Assembly: GCA_964423575.1 (NCBI GenBank)
Contig: CAYRFF010000008.1
Span: 10,669 to 74,668, forward strand
Direction of reading: 5' to 3'
Length of the DNA stretch: 64,000 nt
Source of the DNA: an uncultured Saprospiraceae bacterium
GTDB lineage: Bacteria; Bacteroidota; Bacteroidia; Chitinophagales; Saprospiraceae
The translations under genes were made by a program, and so were the position numbers. Every line of letters begins with the position of its first letter. Positions within the stretch are counted from its first letter, which is position 1. This document shows, in pieces, positions 29,938 to 40,000 of the stretch. The notes under the pieces were generated by a model. The model saw nothing but the letters and a program-made list of their open reading frames with translations. It was not told the DNA's origin and did not search any database.

Positions 29938-30582
29938 TTACTTAATGCGATTTAAAACCTCTCTAAACTCACTAAGCATCATCGCGGTAGCTCCCCAGAC
30001 AACCTTATTATTAAGATTAAAATAGGGCATATCTTTTAATACTATGTTTCTTACGTGAATATTCTTGCTTAAAATATTGCTAGGATCCATTAATTCATTG
30101 AGAGTAGGAGTGAAGATATTTCTTACTTCACTTAGTTGGGGAGTGAAATCAGGAGTATAATCAAGAAAGCCCACATAAGGACTTACAATATAATTTGATA
30201 CTGAAATAAATAAGTCGCTGAGTTTTCCCAGAATGTTGACATCTGCGGGATTAATCCCGATTTCCTCCTTTGTTTCCCTTATTGCAGTATATTGAAGATC
30301 CGGATCATATAATTCCATTCTTCCACCTGGAAAACTTATTTGTCCTGAATGAGGGTCATTCGGAGATGTTCTCGTCCTTTCTATTAAGGCAAATGAATAT
30401 CCTGAATCGTTTGGAAAAATCAAGCATAAGGTTGCAGCGGGAACTGCATCTTTAGAGATTTTAAGCAATTCACCTATGTTAGAAGGAATATCCTTGGGCG
30501 CATGATTTGCGAAAGCTAATTGCGCATCACGCCCGGGTAAATCCTCGTGCTGAAGTTGATATGCAAGATCGTCAATTAACAC
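29938..30582 (-). CDS. NUDIX hydrolase, CoA pyrophosphatase-like
   Basis: Nudix box GGRMELYDPDLQYTAIRETKEEIGI. Confidence 0.85.
   Translation of the reverse strand: MLIDDLAYQLQHEDLPGRDAQLAFANHAPKDIPSNIGELLKISKDAVPAATLCLIFPNDSGYSFALIERTRTSPNDPHSGQISFPGGRMELYDPDLQYTAIRETKEEIGINPADVNILGKLSDLFISVSNYIVSPYVGFLDYTPDFTPQLSEVRNIFTPTLNELMDPSNILSKNIHVRNIVLKDMPYFNLNNKVVWGATAMMLSEFREVLNRIK
30505..30516 (+). repeat. iterated 12-mer ATTTGYGNAAGC, N=A
   Basis: Exact match. Inside the NUDIX CDS, antisense. Confidence 0.8.
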
Positions 30583-30602
30583 TTTATACTTATCCTTAGA
30601 GC

Positions 30603-31364
30603 TTATGCATCTTCATTGGCCTTCTGAATATATTGCTCCAGAGCCATGGTCATAGATTTAAGTTCTTTAGTAGGGACTTTTATATTGATATCCAAGCCTC
30701 GCTTAACAACAGCATCTTTGGTACTAGTACCAAATACAGCGATCCTGGTATCGTTTTGCTTGAAATCCGGAAAGTTTTCAAACAATGATTCAATCCCCAA
30801 TGGACTGAAAAAAACCAGGATATCATAAGTGATATCGCTCAGATCGCTCAAGTCTGAACTGACAGTACGGAACATCATTGCTTCCTGATATTTCAGGTTA
30901 TTTTCTTCTAGATATTTCTGTACCGGTAAGCTGCCAAGATTGGAGCAAGGGAGAAGGAAGGTCTCATCCTTGAAGCGCTTAAAGTACTTATCAAGCTCTT
31001 CTATACTCCTGTTTCCAACAAAAACTTTCCTCTTTCTGTAGACGATGAACTTCTGAAGATAATCTGCAATTGCCTTCGTAAGGCAGAAGTATCGCGTTTC
31101 CGGAGACATTTCAATTCGCATATCTTCACAGATTCTGAAAAAGTGATCTATACTTTTCTTACTAGTGAAAATCACGCCGAAATATTCTTCAGGTCTGATC
31201 TTGGTTTGTCTGAATTCCTTGACATCAACCGGCTCAACTTGAATAAATTTTCTAAAATCTATTTTTACGCCATACTTCTCAACTAGTGTAAAATATGGAG
31301 AACGCTCAGGTTCAGGTTGAGAAATCAGAATACTTTTTACTGGTTTATAAGTTGTAGAGCTCAT
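30603..31364 (-). CDS. uroporphyrinogen-III synthase (HemD)-like protein
   Basis: 253 aa with a two-lobe alpha/beta pattern. It sits beside a DUF4271-like gene, a pairing I recall as common in Bacteroidota. Confidence 0.6.
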   Translation of the reverse strand: MSSTTYKPVKSILISQPEPERSPYFTLVEKYGVKIDFRKFIQVEPVDVKEFRQTKIRPEEYFGVIFTSKKSIDHFFRICEDMRIEMSPETRYFCLTKAIADYLQKFIVYRKRKVFVGNRSIEELDKYFKRFKDETFLLPCSNLGSLPVQKYLEENNLKYQEAMMFRTVSSDLSDLSDITYDILVFFSPLGIESLFENFPDFKQNDTRIAVFGTSTKDAVVKRGLDINIKVPTKELKSMTMALEQYIQKANEDA

Positions 31365-31399
31365 AAAAAACTTAGGTTTATATATCTAAACGCTTGGTT

Positions 31400-32449
31400 T
31401 TAACCTGTTAATATATTAAAAACTTTCATACCCACTAGTAGTGGAGCGATTTCAACGGTGCAAAGGTACGTAAAAAATTGGAATTTAGATGCACTTAAGA
31501 ACCTGACACTGATAAATAAACCTCGTAATTGCCTTATTAGATAGAAAAAGACTATCAAAAACAATCCTAAATAGAAAGAAAATATACTGATTTTACTCGG
31601 AGCAAAGGCAAGGAACAGATTTATTGGTAGCAAAATCAGACCTAGTAGAATATTGAAAATAATGATTGTAAAGTTAAATTGGCGAGCCTCCTTTTCAACA
31701 GGAAATGTTGTAGCCAGCATATCCAAAATCAAATATCTGATAAGATAAATTACTCCCACTATCAGAATACAAAATAGCAGAGAAATCTCAGGACGCACTT
31801 CAAACCAATAATCCAAGGAAAGGAATATAAAGAATCCGAAATTGGCAATAAAGAAAAAGTACAGAAACAGGTACTGTACATTTGTTTTACCACGCTGCTC
31901 CCTATACAGGAGATTCAGGAAGTTATCATTCATAAACGCACGAATGATATGATCAACGACTGATCGGTTTATCGTGATTACTAGGGTGAGCATTATCAGA
32001 AGAATGAGAAAAGTGGCAAAAATCAGATTTCGCTTTTCTTGTAATATCGGCGGAAGAGGTACTACGTTATGATCCTTCTGTATCTCTCCCGGGTTAATAA
32101 TCTCTTCTCTTACTGGTTCCTTTTCAATTTCTAAACTTACTTCAGGAGCGCTACCGCTTGTTTCAGTCGGTTCAGACTCTTCCATCACAGGTGTGGCATG
32201 TACTTCTTCAGTTGACTCAGATACTTCCACGTCCCCGGTTCCCGTTTCTTCTTTACCGGGACTTTCTACAGGCGCTATCTCAACTTCAGTAATCGGCTCG
32301 GTTTCTGTTGGACTGATAGTTGTTTTTTCTACTTCAGTAGAAATATTACGATTTAATCTATGCTTTAAATCAAAGGGATTTTGTTGTCCGCTTGAAGCAA
32401 AAGCAAGGGAAAGAAAAATAATGATGAGTATGTGTGTGTACAGTTTCAC
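31400..32449 (-). CDS. DUF4271-like multi-pass membrane protein with an acidic E/T/P-rich N-terminal region
   Basis: Signal peptide, an E/T/P-rich stretch of about 120 aa, then 5-6 TM helices. Confidence 0.6.
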   Translation of the reverse strand: MKLYTHILIIIFLSLAFASSGQQNPFDLKHRLNRNISTEVEKTTISPTETEPITEVEIAPVESPGKEETGTGDVEVSESTEEVHATPVMEESEPTETSGSAPEVSLEIEKEPVREEIINPGEIQKDHNVVPLPPILQEKRNLIFATFLILLIMLTLVITINRSVVDHIIRAFMNDNFLNLLYREQRGKTNVQYLFLYFFFIANFGFFIFLSLDYWFEVRPEISLLFCILIVGVIYLIRYLILDMLATTFPVEKEARQFNFTIIIFNILLGLILLPINLFLAFAPSKISIFSFYLGLFLIVFFYLIRQLRGLFISVRFLSASKFQFFTYLCTVEIAPLLVGMKVFNILTG

Positions 32450-32593
32450 ACGGCAAATTTAACAAGGTTTATATAATTATTACTTATAATATTAGAACAA
32501 GTTGAGAGAATGTCTATTTATTTCCTAAGACTTATTTTCATAAGACCATTAAATTGCGGGAAGAATAGAAGGTCCGGAAACTAAATCCGGGGT

Positions 32594-33859
32594 TTGATTA
32601 TGAAAAAGAATACGGTAAGAAACGTATTAATTATTGGTTCAATAATGCTTATAAGTGTAATAAGCATGCAAGCGTATTCCTTACTGAAAGCCTGGGAATT
32701 CAGAGATGAGCATTTTGACCAAAGGGTAAGGGTTGCACTTCATCAGGTCGCTGCGAGACTTATCGAGCTTAACGAAGGCACCATTCCTGCCAAAAGTCTT
32801 GTACACAGAAAAACCTCCAATTATTTTCTGGTAAATATCGATGACATAATCGATGCCAATGCATTGGAATATTTTCTACATGATGAATTGTCCAATGTCT
32901 CATTGAATCTCGATTTTGAATATGCGGTTTTTGACTGCTTCTCCAATCAGATGGTCTATGGAAAATACTGCAAGGTAGAAGAAGATGATAGCCATATCAA
33001 AACGAGAGATCTACCGACTTATGATGAATTCGTCTATTATTTTGGAGTGCGGTTCCCGACTAAGACCTCTTTTATATTTTCCGGGATGACCCGATATATG
33101 ATAGGAGCATCCATTCTTTTGTTTACACTCGGTTTTTTTGTGTACGCTACTTATGTATTGCTCACACAGAAGAAAATCACGGAAATGCAGAGGGATTTTA
33201 TCAATAACATGACACACGAATTTAAGACCCCCTTGTCTTCCATTAAGATTTCCTCGGAAGTACTCGCTAATAGCCCCATGATAAAAGAAAATGAACGTCT
33301 TTCCCAATACGTGAATATTATCCAGAGTCAAGAGAGTCGTTTAAATAATCAGATTGAACGCGTTCTGAAGATTGCTTCTTTGGAAGGGGATAGCCTATGC
33401 CTGGCCAAGGAGAATGTTCATTTAAACGCCTTAGTTGAAGACCTTGCGCTTGCCAGAAAAGCTGAAATTGAAAAGACCGGTGGAAAATTAAATATACAGC
33501 AGAATGGAGATATAATGCTAGACGCCGACCCTGTCCATACTGCTAATATATTGCATAGTCTACTTGATAATGCTATTAAATACTCTCATGACAATATCGA
33601 CATTAGGGTGGAAACAGGGCTTGACGGGGAAATTCCATACTTTAAAATCACTGATAGTGGTATAGGAATGTCAGCTGAACAACTCGATAATATTGGGCAG
33701 AAATTTTACCGGGTTTCTAAAGGGGATATCCACGATGTGAAAGGTTTTGGACTGGGATTATACTATGTTAAAACTATCTGTAAATTACAGCATTGGAAAA
33801 TCAACATTAAAAGCCAACTGAAACAGGGAACTACTGTGAAAATATTATTTTATAACTAA
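32594..33859 (+). CDS. sensor histidine kinase (HisKA + HATPase_c)
   Basis: H-box HEFKTPLSSI, N-box LLDNAIKYS, G-boxes DSGIGM and GFGLGL. Two TM segments. An alternative ATG lies at 32600. Confidence 0.9.
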   Translation: MIMKKNTVRNVLIIGSIMLISVISMQAYSLLKAWEFRDEHFDQRVRVALHQVAARLIELNEGTIPAKSLVHRKTSNYFLVNIDDIIDANALEYFLHDELSNVSLNLDFEYAVFDCFSNQMVYGKYCKVEEDDSHIKTRDLPTYDEFVYYFGVRFPTKTSFIFSGMTRYMIGASILLFTLGFFVYATYVLLTQKKITEMQRDFINNMTHEFKTPLSSIKISSEVLANSPMIKENERLSQYVNIIQSQESRLNNQIERVLKIASLEGDSLCLAKENVHLNALVEDLALARKAEIEKTGGKLNIQQNGDIMLDADPVHTANILHSLLDNAIKYSHDNIDIRVETGLDGEIPYFKITDSGIGMSAEQLDNIGQKFYRVSKGDIHDVKGFGLGLYYVKTICKLQHWKINIKSQLKQGTTVKILFYN

Positions 33860-33868
33860 ATTAGCCAA

Positions 33869-34564
33869 ATGAATTCAGACAAGCACATACTTTATGTTGA
33901 AGATGATGAAACCCTGGCCTTTGTCACCAAAGACAATCTGGAGAACCACGGCTATAAAGTGACGCACTATGGCAACGGCATGGATGCCCTTGTAGGTTTT
34001 AAGAGATATTCCTTTGACTTATGTGTTTTGGATATTATGCTTCCTCAAATGGACGGTTTTACCCTTGCAGAGAAAATCCGTAAAGAAGATGAGCAGATAC
34101 CTATCCTTTTCCTATCAGCCAAGTCGATGAATGAGGATAGAATTAAAGGCTTTAAAATCGGTGGTGATGATTACATAACCAAACCCTTTTCAATTGAAGA
34201 GCTAATCCTGAAAATAGAAGTATTTCTTAAGCGAAACCTCATTAACAAGGAAGAAGAATTGTCTTTTTATTCAATAGGAAAGTATGAGTTTCACTATGAT
34301 GCACTGACTCTCGTATACAACGATAATTCGCGCTCCCTGACTCAACGAGAAGCTGACTTGCTGCAATACTTTGCGAGGAATCAAAACAAGATTTTAAAAC
34401 GTCCCGATATCCTTATTACAGTCTGGGGTGAAGATGATTACTTTCTAGGTAGATCCCTCGATGTCTTTATATCAAGGTTGAGGAAATATCTTAAAGATGA
34501 TTCAGATATAGAGATAGAAAATATTCATGGAGTAGGCTTTAGACTGAATTCCAGAACAGACTAA
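33869..34564 (+). CDS. OmpR/PhoB-type response regulator
   Basis: Receiver domain (ILYVEDDE...LDIMLP...KP) plus a winged-helix C-terminus (LTQREADLL, VWG, VFISRLRKYL, GVGFRL). Confidence 0.92.
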   Translation: MNSDKHILYVEDDETLAFVTKDNLENHGYKVTHYGNGMDALVGFKRYSFDLCVLDIMLPQMDGFTLAEKIRKEDEQIPILFLSAKSMNEDRIKGFKIGGDDYITKPFSIEELILKIEVFLKRNLINKEEELSFYSIGKYEFHYDALTLVYNDNSRSLTQREADLLQYFARNQNKILKRPDILITVWGEDDYFLGRSLDVFISRLRKYLKDDSDIEIENIHGVGFRLNSRTD

Positions 34565-35868
34565 CTGCTCATATTCTTTTCTTGTAGCAACTCGGCTAGT
34601 TCTTCAGGATTTCGGTTTTCATTTACAATACGCATTACTTTATCTTTGTAAACAAGATACTCTTCTATTAAAGTACTATCCATCGGCGCCGGGGCCGGCA
34701 ACTCAAGCCTTAAAGGGTCGACCTGTTCGCCATTCTTCCAGAATCGAAAACAGACGTGTGGACCAGTCGCGAGGCCGGTAGAGCCTACGTAACCGATAAT
34801 TTCACCCTGTTCAACGTGAACACCGGGCTTAATTCCGCTTGCAAATTTACTCATGTGTAAGTATTGAGTTTCATAAACTTTATCATGACGGATTTTTACA
34901 TAGTTTCCATTGCCACGAGTAAATGAAGCATGAGTAACAGTTCCAGAAGCAACTGCCATTATAGGAGTCCCATGACTCGCTGCATAATCAGTTCCTAGAT
35001 GCGGCCTTCGATGTTTAAGGACGGGATGCATTCTGTTCTTGTTGTAGCGGGAAGAGATTCTGTAATATTTTACCGGTGCTTTTAAAAAAGCCTTTTGCAT
35101 AGGAAGACCCTCCAGATTATAATATCCGGGAGAATCTGTCTTGTCGTAATAAATAGCATAGAGATCCTTGCCTCGATGATTCATAAATCCGGCGATGAGT
35201 TTTCCCGTTCCTACTATTTTGTCATCGACATACTCCTCCTCATACCATAATTTATAATTATCTCCTTTCTGTAAATGAAAGAAGTCAACAGTCCAGGCAT
35301 AGGCATTTTCCATCTTACTGATAAGCGAATAATGCGCTCCGCCTTCTTCCATCGATACCCATAGACTGGAGTTGATTTCTCCTTCAATCTTGCGTATCCG
35401 TGTTTCAACTTCACGCTGAACTATTTCAGCACAAGGATCATCTTCAAAGGAATAAACTACATATTTTAAAGCATCGGGTACATATATTAAATAGGAAACA
35501 TCATCACAGCCATTTTTACTAAGGATATGGTATTCTTTTCCGCTTTGTAGCTTTCGCAAATCGAATATAGGGCTGACATTCTTTGATAGCTGATGAATCA
35601 CTCCGTTATCTACGTTGTATTCATGCATAAGTTGCGAGAAAAACTGATTCTTCTGAATGAAACCTGAATGTACATTGTATTCAGCCAGATCAAAGCCATA
35701 GAATAATTGTGTCTCTATACTGTCTTGAGAAGAAACCTCATCGATCAAATCCTCATCATTTTGTAAATTGGACTCGCATGATTCGAGGGTGAGAAGAAGG
35801 AGCAACAAGGGAAGTATTCCGATGAGATAGCTGAATCTTTTACTATTTTGAGGCCTTTTATTATACAC
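34561..35868 (-). CDS. M23 family metallopeptidase
   Basis: HLGTDYAASHGTPI and GSTGLATGPHVCF motifs. N-terminal lipoprotein-like signal. Confidence 0.88.
   Translation of the reverse strand: MYNKRPQNSKRFSYLIGILPLLLLLLTLESCESNLQNDEDLIDEVSSQDSIETQLFYGFDLAEYNVHSGFIQKNQFFSQLMHEYNVDNGVIHQLSKNVSPIFDLRKLQSGKEYHILSKNGCDDVSYLIYVPDALKYVVYSFEDDPCAEIVQREVETRIRKIEGEINSSLWVSMEEGGAHYSLISKMENAYAWTVDFFHLQKGDNYKLWYEEEYVDDKIVGTGKLIAGFMNHRGKDLYAIYYDKTDSPGYYNLEGLPMQKAFLKAPVKYYRISSRYNKNRMHPVLKHRRPHLGTDYAASHGTPIMAVASGTVTHASFTRGNGNYVKIRHDKVYETQYLHMSKFASGIKPGVHVEQGEIIGYVGSTGLATGPHVCFRFWKNGEQVDPLRLELPAPAPMDSTLIEEYLVYKDKVMRIVNENRNPEELAELLQEKNMSS
35550..35561 (-). repeat. iterated 12-mer ATTTGYGNAAGC, N=A
   Basis: Exact match. 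Inside the M23 peptidase CDS, sense (DLRKL frame). Confidence 0.8.
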
Positions 35869-36155
35869 AGTAATTACCTGAATTTATCTATTTGATGCGC
35901 TAATATAGGAGATTTTACACAAACCAATTTGACAATTCTGAATTCTTTTCACAAAAATAAATTAAATAATCTCTCCGGATTATAATTGAAAAAACAGGTC
36001 ATTTGGTATAAATGATTATATCTCAGTACAATATGGAACGCAAGTTGCTAAATGAATTTAAACACTAAACATATACAGAAGGTTATTTGTCGGCAATGAC
36101 ATTGACTCTTCCGTATTAAACTATGGTTCTTGTAAAATAAGAACCACTCATATAC

Positions 36156-36163
36156 TATATTTG
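36156..36163 (+). promoter_or_regulatory. Bacteroidota -7 box TATATTTG upstream of folP
   Basis: Matches TAnnTTTG, 32 nt upstream of GTG 36196. Confidence 0.5.
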
Positions 36164-36195
36164 CATTAATTGTATTTATTTAAAATTTATTGTAA

Positions 36196-37041
36196 GTGGG
36201 ATATGTTTTTAAATCCGGCAAAAAAGTTATAGAAATTGCAAATCCGGAAATATGGGGAATTGTAAATTATACACCTGATTCATTTTATGCAGGAAGTCGT
36301 AGAAAGAATCTGGATTCTGCATTTGCGGAAGCGATAAAACATATAGAAGAAGGAGCAGCAGTTATCGACATAGGGGCAATGTCTTCACGCCCCGGTGCTA
36401 AAATTTCCAATCCTCAAGATGAGATAAATGCATTGGTACCTTTAATTCACAAAATTAAAGCCGCAGAATCCGATGCGGTTATAAGTATAGATACCTTACA
36501 TTCTGAAGTCGCACGTGTATGTATTAACGAAGGAGCCGAAATCATCAATGACGTCACCGGAGGAATGTATGATAATAAAATTCTTGAGGTTGCCGGCAAG
36601 TTGCAAGTACCTATCGTGATTATGCACATGCGTGGTATACCGGAGAATATGCAGCAATTTACGGATTACGATAATCTGCTCAGAGTGTTAATGCTGTATT
36701 TTAAAGACAGAATCACTGCATGTAAAAGGGCGGGCGTCGAAGATATAATTCTCGATCCGGGCTTTGGATTTTCTAAAACAATTGCGCAAAACATGCAGTT
36801 GCTCTCGCATATTCCTATCTTTAAAATCTATGATTACCCGGTCTTAATAGGCGTGTCCAGGAAATCAACTATCTATAGAAGTTTACAGATAGAACCTGAT
36901 GAAGCGCTCAATGGAACAACAGCCTTGCACATGATTGCGTTAGAGAATAAAGCGGACATCCTGAGAGTACACGATGTTAAAGAAGCTAAAGAAGCAGTAA
37001 GCCTGTTCAAGTTATATAAATCATCAATTGCTGAAGAATAG
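36196..37041 (+). CDS. folP: dihydropteroate synthase
   Basis: GIVNYTPDSFY, DIGAMSSRPG, NDVTGG and DPGFGF motifs. GTG start. Confidence 0.9.
   Translation: MGYVFKSGKKVIEIANPEIWGIVNYTPDSFYAGSRRKNLDSAFAEAIKHIEEGAAVIDIGAMSSRPGAKISNPQDEINALVPLIHKIKAAESDAVISIDTLHSEVARVCINEGAEIINDVTGGMYDNKILEVAGKLQVPIVIMHMRGIPENMQQFTDYDNLLRVLMLYFKDRITACKRAGVEDIILDPGFGFSKTIAQNMQLLSHIPIFKIYDYPVLIGVSRKSTIYRSLQIEPDEALNGTTALHMIALENKADILRVHDVKEAKEAVSLFKLYKSSIAEE
36321..36332 (+). repeat. iterated 12-mer ATTTGYGNAAGC, N=G
   Basis: Exact match. Inside folP, sense (FAEA). Confidence 0.8.
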
Positions 37042-37053
37042 ACAGCATTACTT

Positions 37054-40000
37054 ATGTCGGAAGAGATAAAGAACAATAACGAAAATCCGCCAAAGCGCGA
37101 ACGAGATCATTTTCTTGTTCGAGTGTTGCGATTTTTTGTCAGGCTTTTTCTCGTAATTATTGCTTTTCTGCTATTGATATCCCTTCTCATTCAGACTCCT
37201 GAGGTTCAATCTTGGGCTGCCAATAAAGCATCCGAGTATTTAAGCGAACAGCTGGAAGCAGAGGTTAGTATAGGAGGATTTAGATTGAATTTTCTGGACA
37301 AACTTAAGCTCGATGATGTCTTAATTATGGAACAAGGAGATACCATCCTTTATTCCGGAGAATTGACAGCGGATTTTAAATCTCCTGTCTTTACAATATT
37401 CAGGAATAGATTGGTATTACAAAACATAATCTTGAGGAATACGAGTTTTATCATGAAGCGTAGAGCTGATAGTGATGAGTATAATTTAGATAGAATACTT
37501 TCAAAACTAGAGAGCGCCGGTTCAATTGAAAAACCGCAAAAAAATGATGGAGGTTTGGATTTCAGATTGCAGCTCGATAATATTTTCCTTGAGAAGTTGA
37601 ATTTTCAGCAACTAGACTCCTTATATGGCACAAATTTATATGTTACAGTTGACCGCGGCCGGTTGCAAGTCGAAAAAATCAACCTTAAAGAGCCTGAGTT
37701 TCTTTTTCAGCGGCTTAGATTGATTAAACCCAATGTGCATTTAGATTTATATGAAGCAGCAATAGGACCTACCGGGATTGATACAGCAGGGGAGGTTCCT
37801 ATCCTTTTCATGACTAAATCCTTGAGAATCGATGACGCAACATTCTCGTTGGATGATCATACGGAACCCTATTACACATATCCGGGCATGAGCATGGACT
37901 ACGGCCACATGTACATAAAGGATATCATAATAGATGCATCCGGAGTTAAGTTCTATGATTGGGAAACAACAGCGAGAAAACTCAACAGAATTAGTCTGAC
38001 TACCAGAGAGGGATTTGTACTCAATGATTTCCATGCAGATTCTATAAGAGTACATCCTGAGCAAGTATTGATTGACAATGGAAGAATTATAACGCCCAAT
38101 TCAGATATTAATGGGGATATTCAATTTAACTACACATCTTTTCATGACTGGCTCGAGTTTATCGATGATGTAGAAATGACATTCAAGAGCAGAAACTCCA
38201 AAGTTCATATACATGATGTAATAAACTTTGCTCCTGATTTATATGATATTTCTCTATTCAGAGATAATATGAATAAAAATATAATTCTGGATGGGATGGT
38301 TGAAGGAACGGTGAACAAGCTCTTTGTGAGGAATGCTTATGCAGCAATTGACTCTACTTTTATAAGAGGTAATGTAAGGATTGATAATTCTGCCAGTGAT
38401 ACAGAAGATTTATTTCTAAAAATAGATCTGGATGACAGTCGTCTTTATGCTAGGAGGATTGAGAGCTTTGTGCCGGATTTAAAGCTTCCCGATGGATTCC
38501 ATAAAATGGGGGCAACCAGGTTAAAAGGTAAATTTACGGGAACAACAGATAACTTTAAGGTGAACACCCGGATGAAATCAAGACTTGGTAATGGCTCATT
38601 TGATTTCACGATGAAATTAAAAGATAAAATTGAAGATGCTGTATATGAAGGTGATATAGCCTTTGATGATTTTCAGCTTGGAAAGTTCATCAACGTTGAT
38701 AGTATAGGAGCTATAACAATGGATATGCAGATTTCTGATGGGCGTGGCCTCTCACTAGAATCCATGCATGCACACCTGAAGGGAAAGATAGATTCATTTG
38801 AGATAAAACGGTATGTGTATCACGATATCGATATAGATGGGATTGCCACGAATAAACTGTTTAAAGGCACATTATCTATTGATGATGAAAATATCGATGC
38901 AGGATTTGAAGGCTCGGTATACTTTGCTGATATTAAGAAGCCCACTCTCGATGTTGACCTTGAGATGAATCATATAAATCTTTATGCGCTCAACCTTTAT
39001 AAGGAACCACTTACAGCCGGTTTTAGATTTAGTGGTAGGGTAGATAGTTTTGATTTATATAATCTCAATGCTAACTCTCGGCTGGAAAGTCTGGAACTTG
39101 TCTATAAAGACAGTATGAACCTCAATTTACAGCTATTGGAGGTTATAGCATCGAGTAAACCAGGAGAGGATAATATTCTAGAAATTGATTCAGATATAGT
39201 TAAAGCCGACATTACCGGTGATTATTCCTTCGTGAAATCCTGGGGCGCATTACAAAATTACTTTATAAACTCATTTCCCGAGTTGTCTAAGCGTTGGCAA
39301 CTTCAAATTGATTCCACAGCCAAAGAAACAGATTTAGTCTTCGATATTAACTTTAAAAACACACAAGGGTTCCAAGCATTATTATTAGAAGAACTAGACA
39401 CTATTAAGGATCTCAGGATAAATGGTTTTATCGATACCGGAGAAAGAGATATGGAACTTAGCATTTTTATTCCGCAATTAAATTATGGCGATAACTCTTT
39501 TGAGTCAGTGTCATTTGCACTATTTGGAGGAGACGGAACAGGTAACGTTGTCTTTGGAATAAATAACTCAGTTTTAAAAGATCAGATTAACCTTAATCCT
39601 ATAAGTGTGATGGGTGACTTGACTTATGACACACTTTCCTTTAACCTCAACCTTGCGGATTACAACAAAGCTAAGGACAATTTCAACATGGACGGGTTCC
39701 TCTATCCGACCAAGGATAAGTATGCAATGGTGTTCAAAGATAGGCACATTCATTTGTTCAATAATGACTGGAATATCAGTGCGCAGAATATGATAGAATT
39801 TGGGAAAAACTATCTCTCGGTAGATTCACTGAATCTTACTTTTGAGGATAAAGTAATTGCATTTCAATCCGATAGACCCAATCATCTGGATTTTACACTA
39901 GAAAATATCTCTCTGGCAACTTTTAATAAGAACATTAAGAACGATTCATTGAATATTTATGGAAATATGAATCTAAACCTCGACCTGAATAATGTATATA

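Noticed and set aside
35869-36195. Riboswitch (THF-type) upstream of folP, and likewise upstream of folE (12462..12839)
   Set aside because: I could not recognise any conserved riboswitch core. The regions are AT-rich with only short hairpins, such as GGTTCTT...AAGAACC at 36125..36145.
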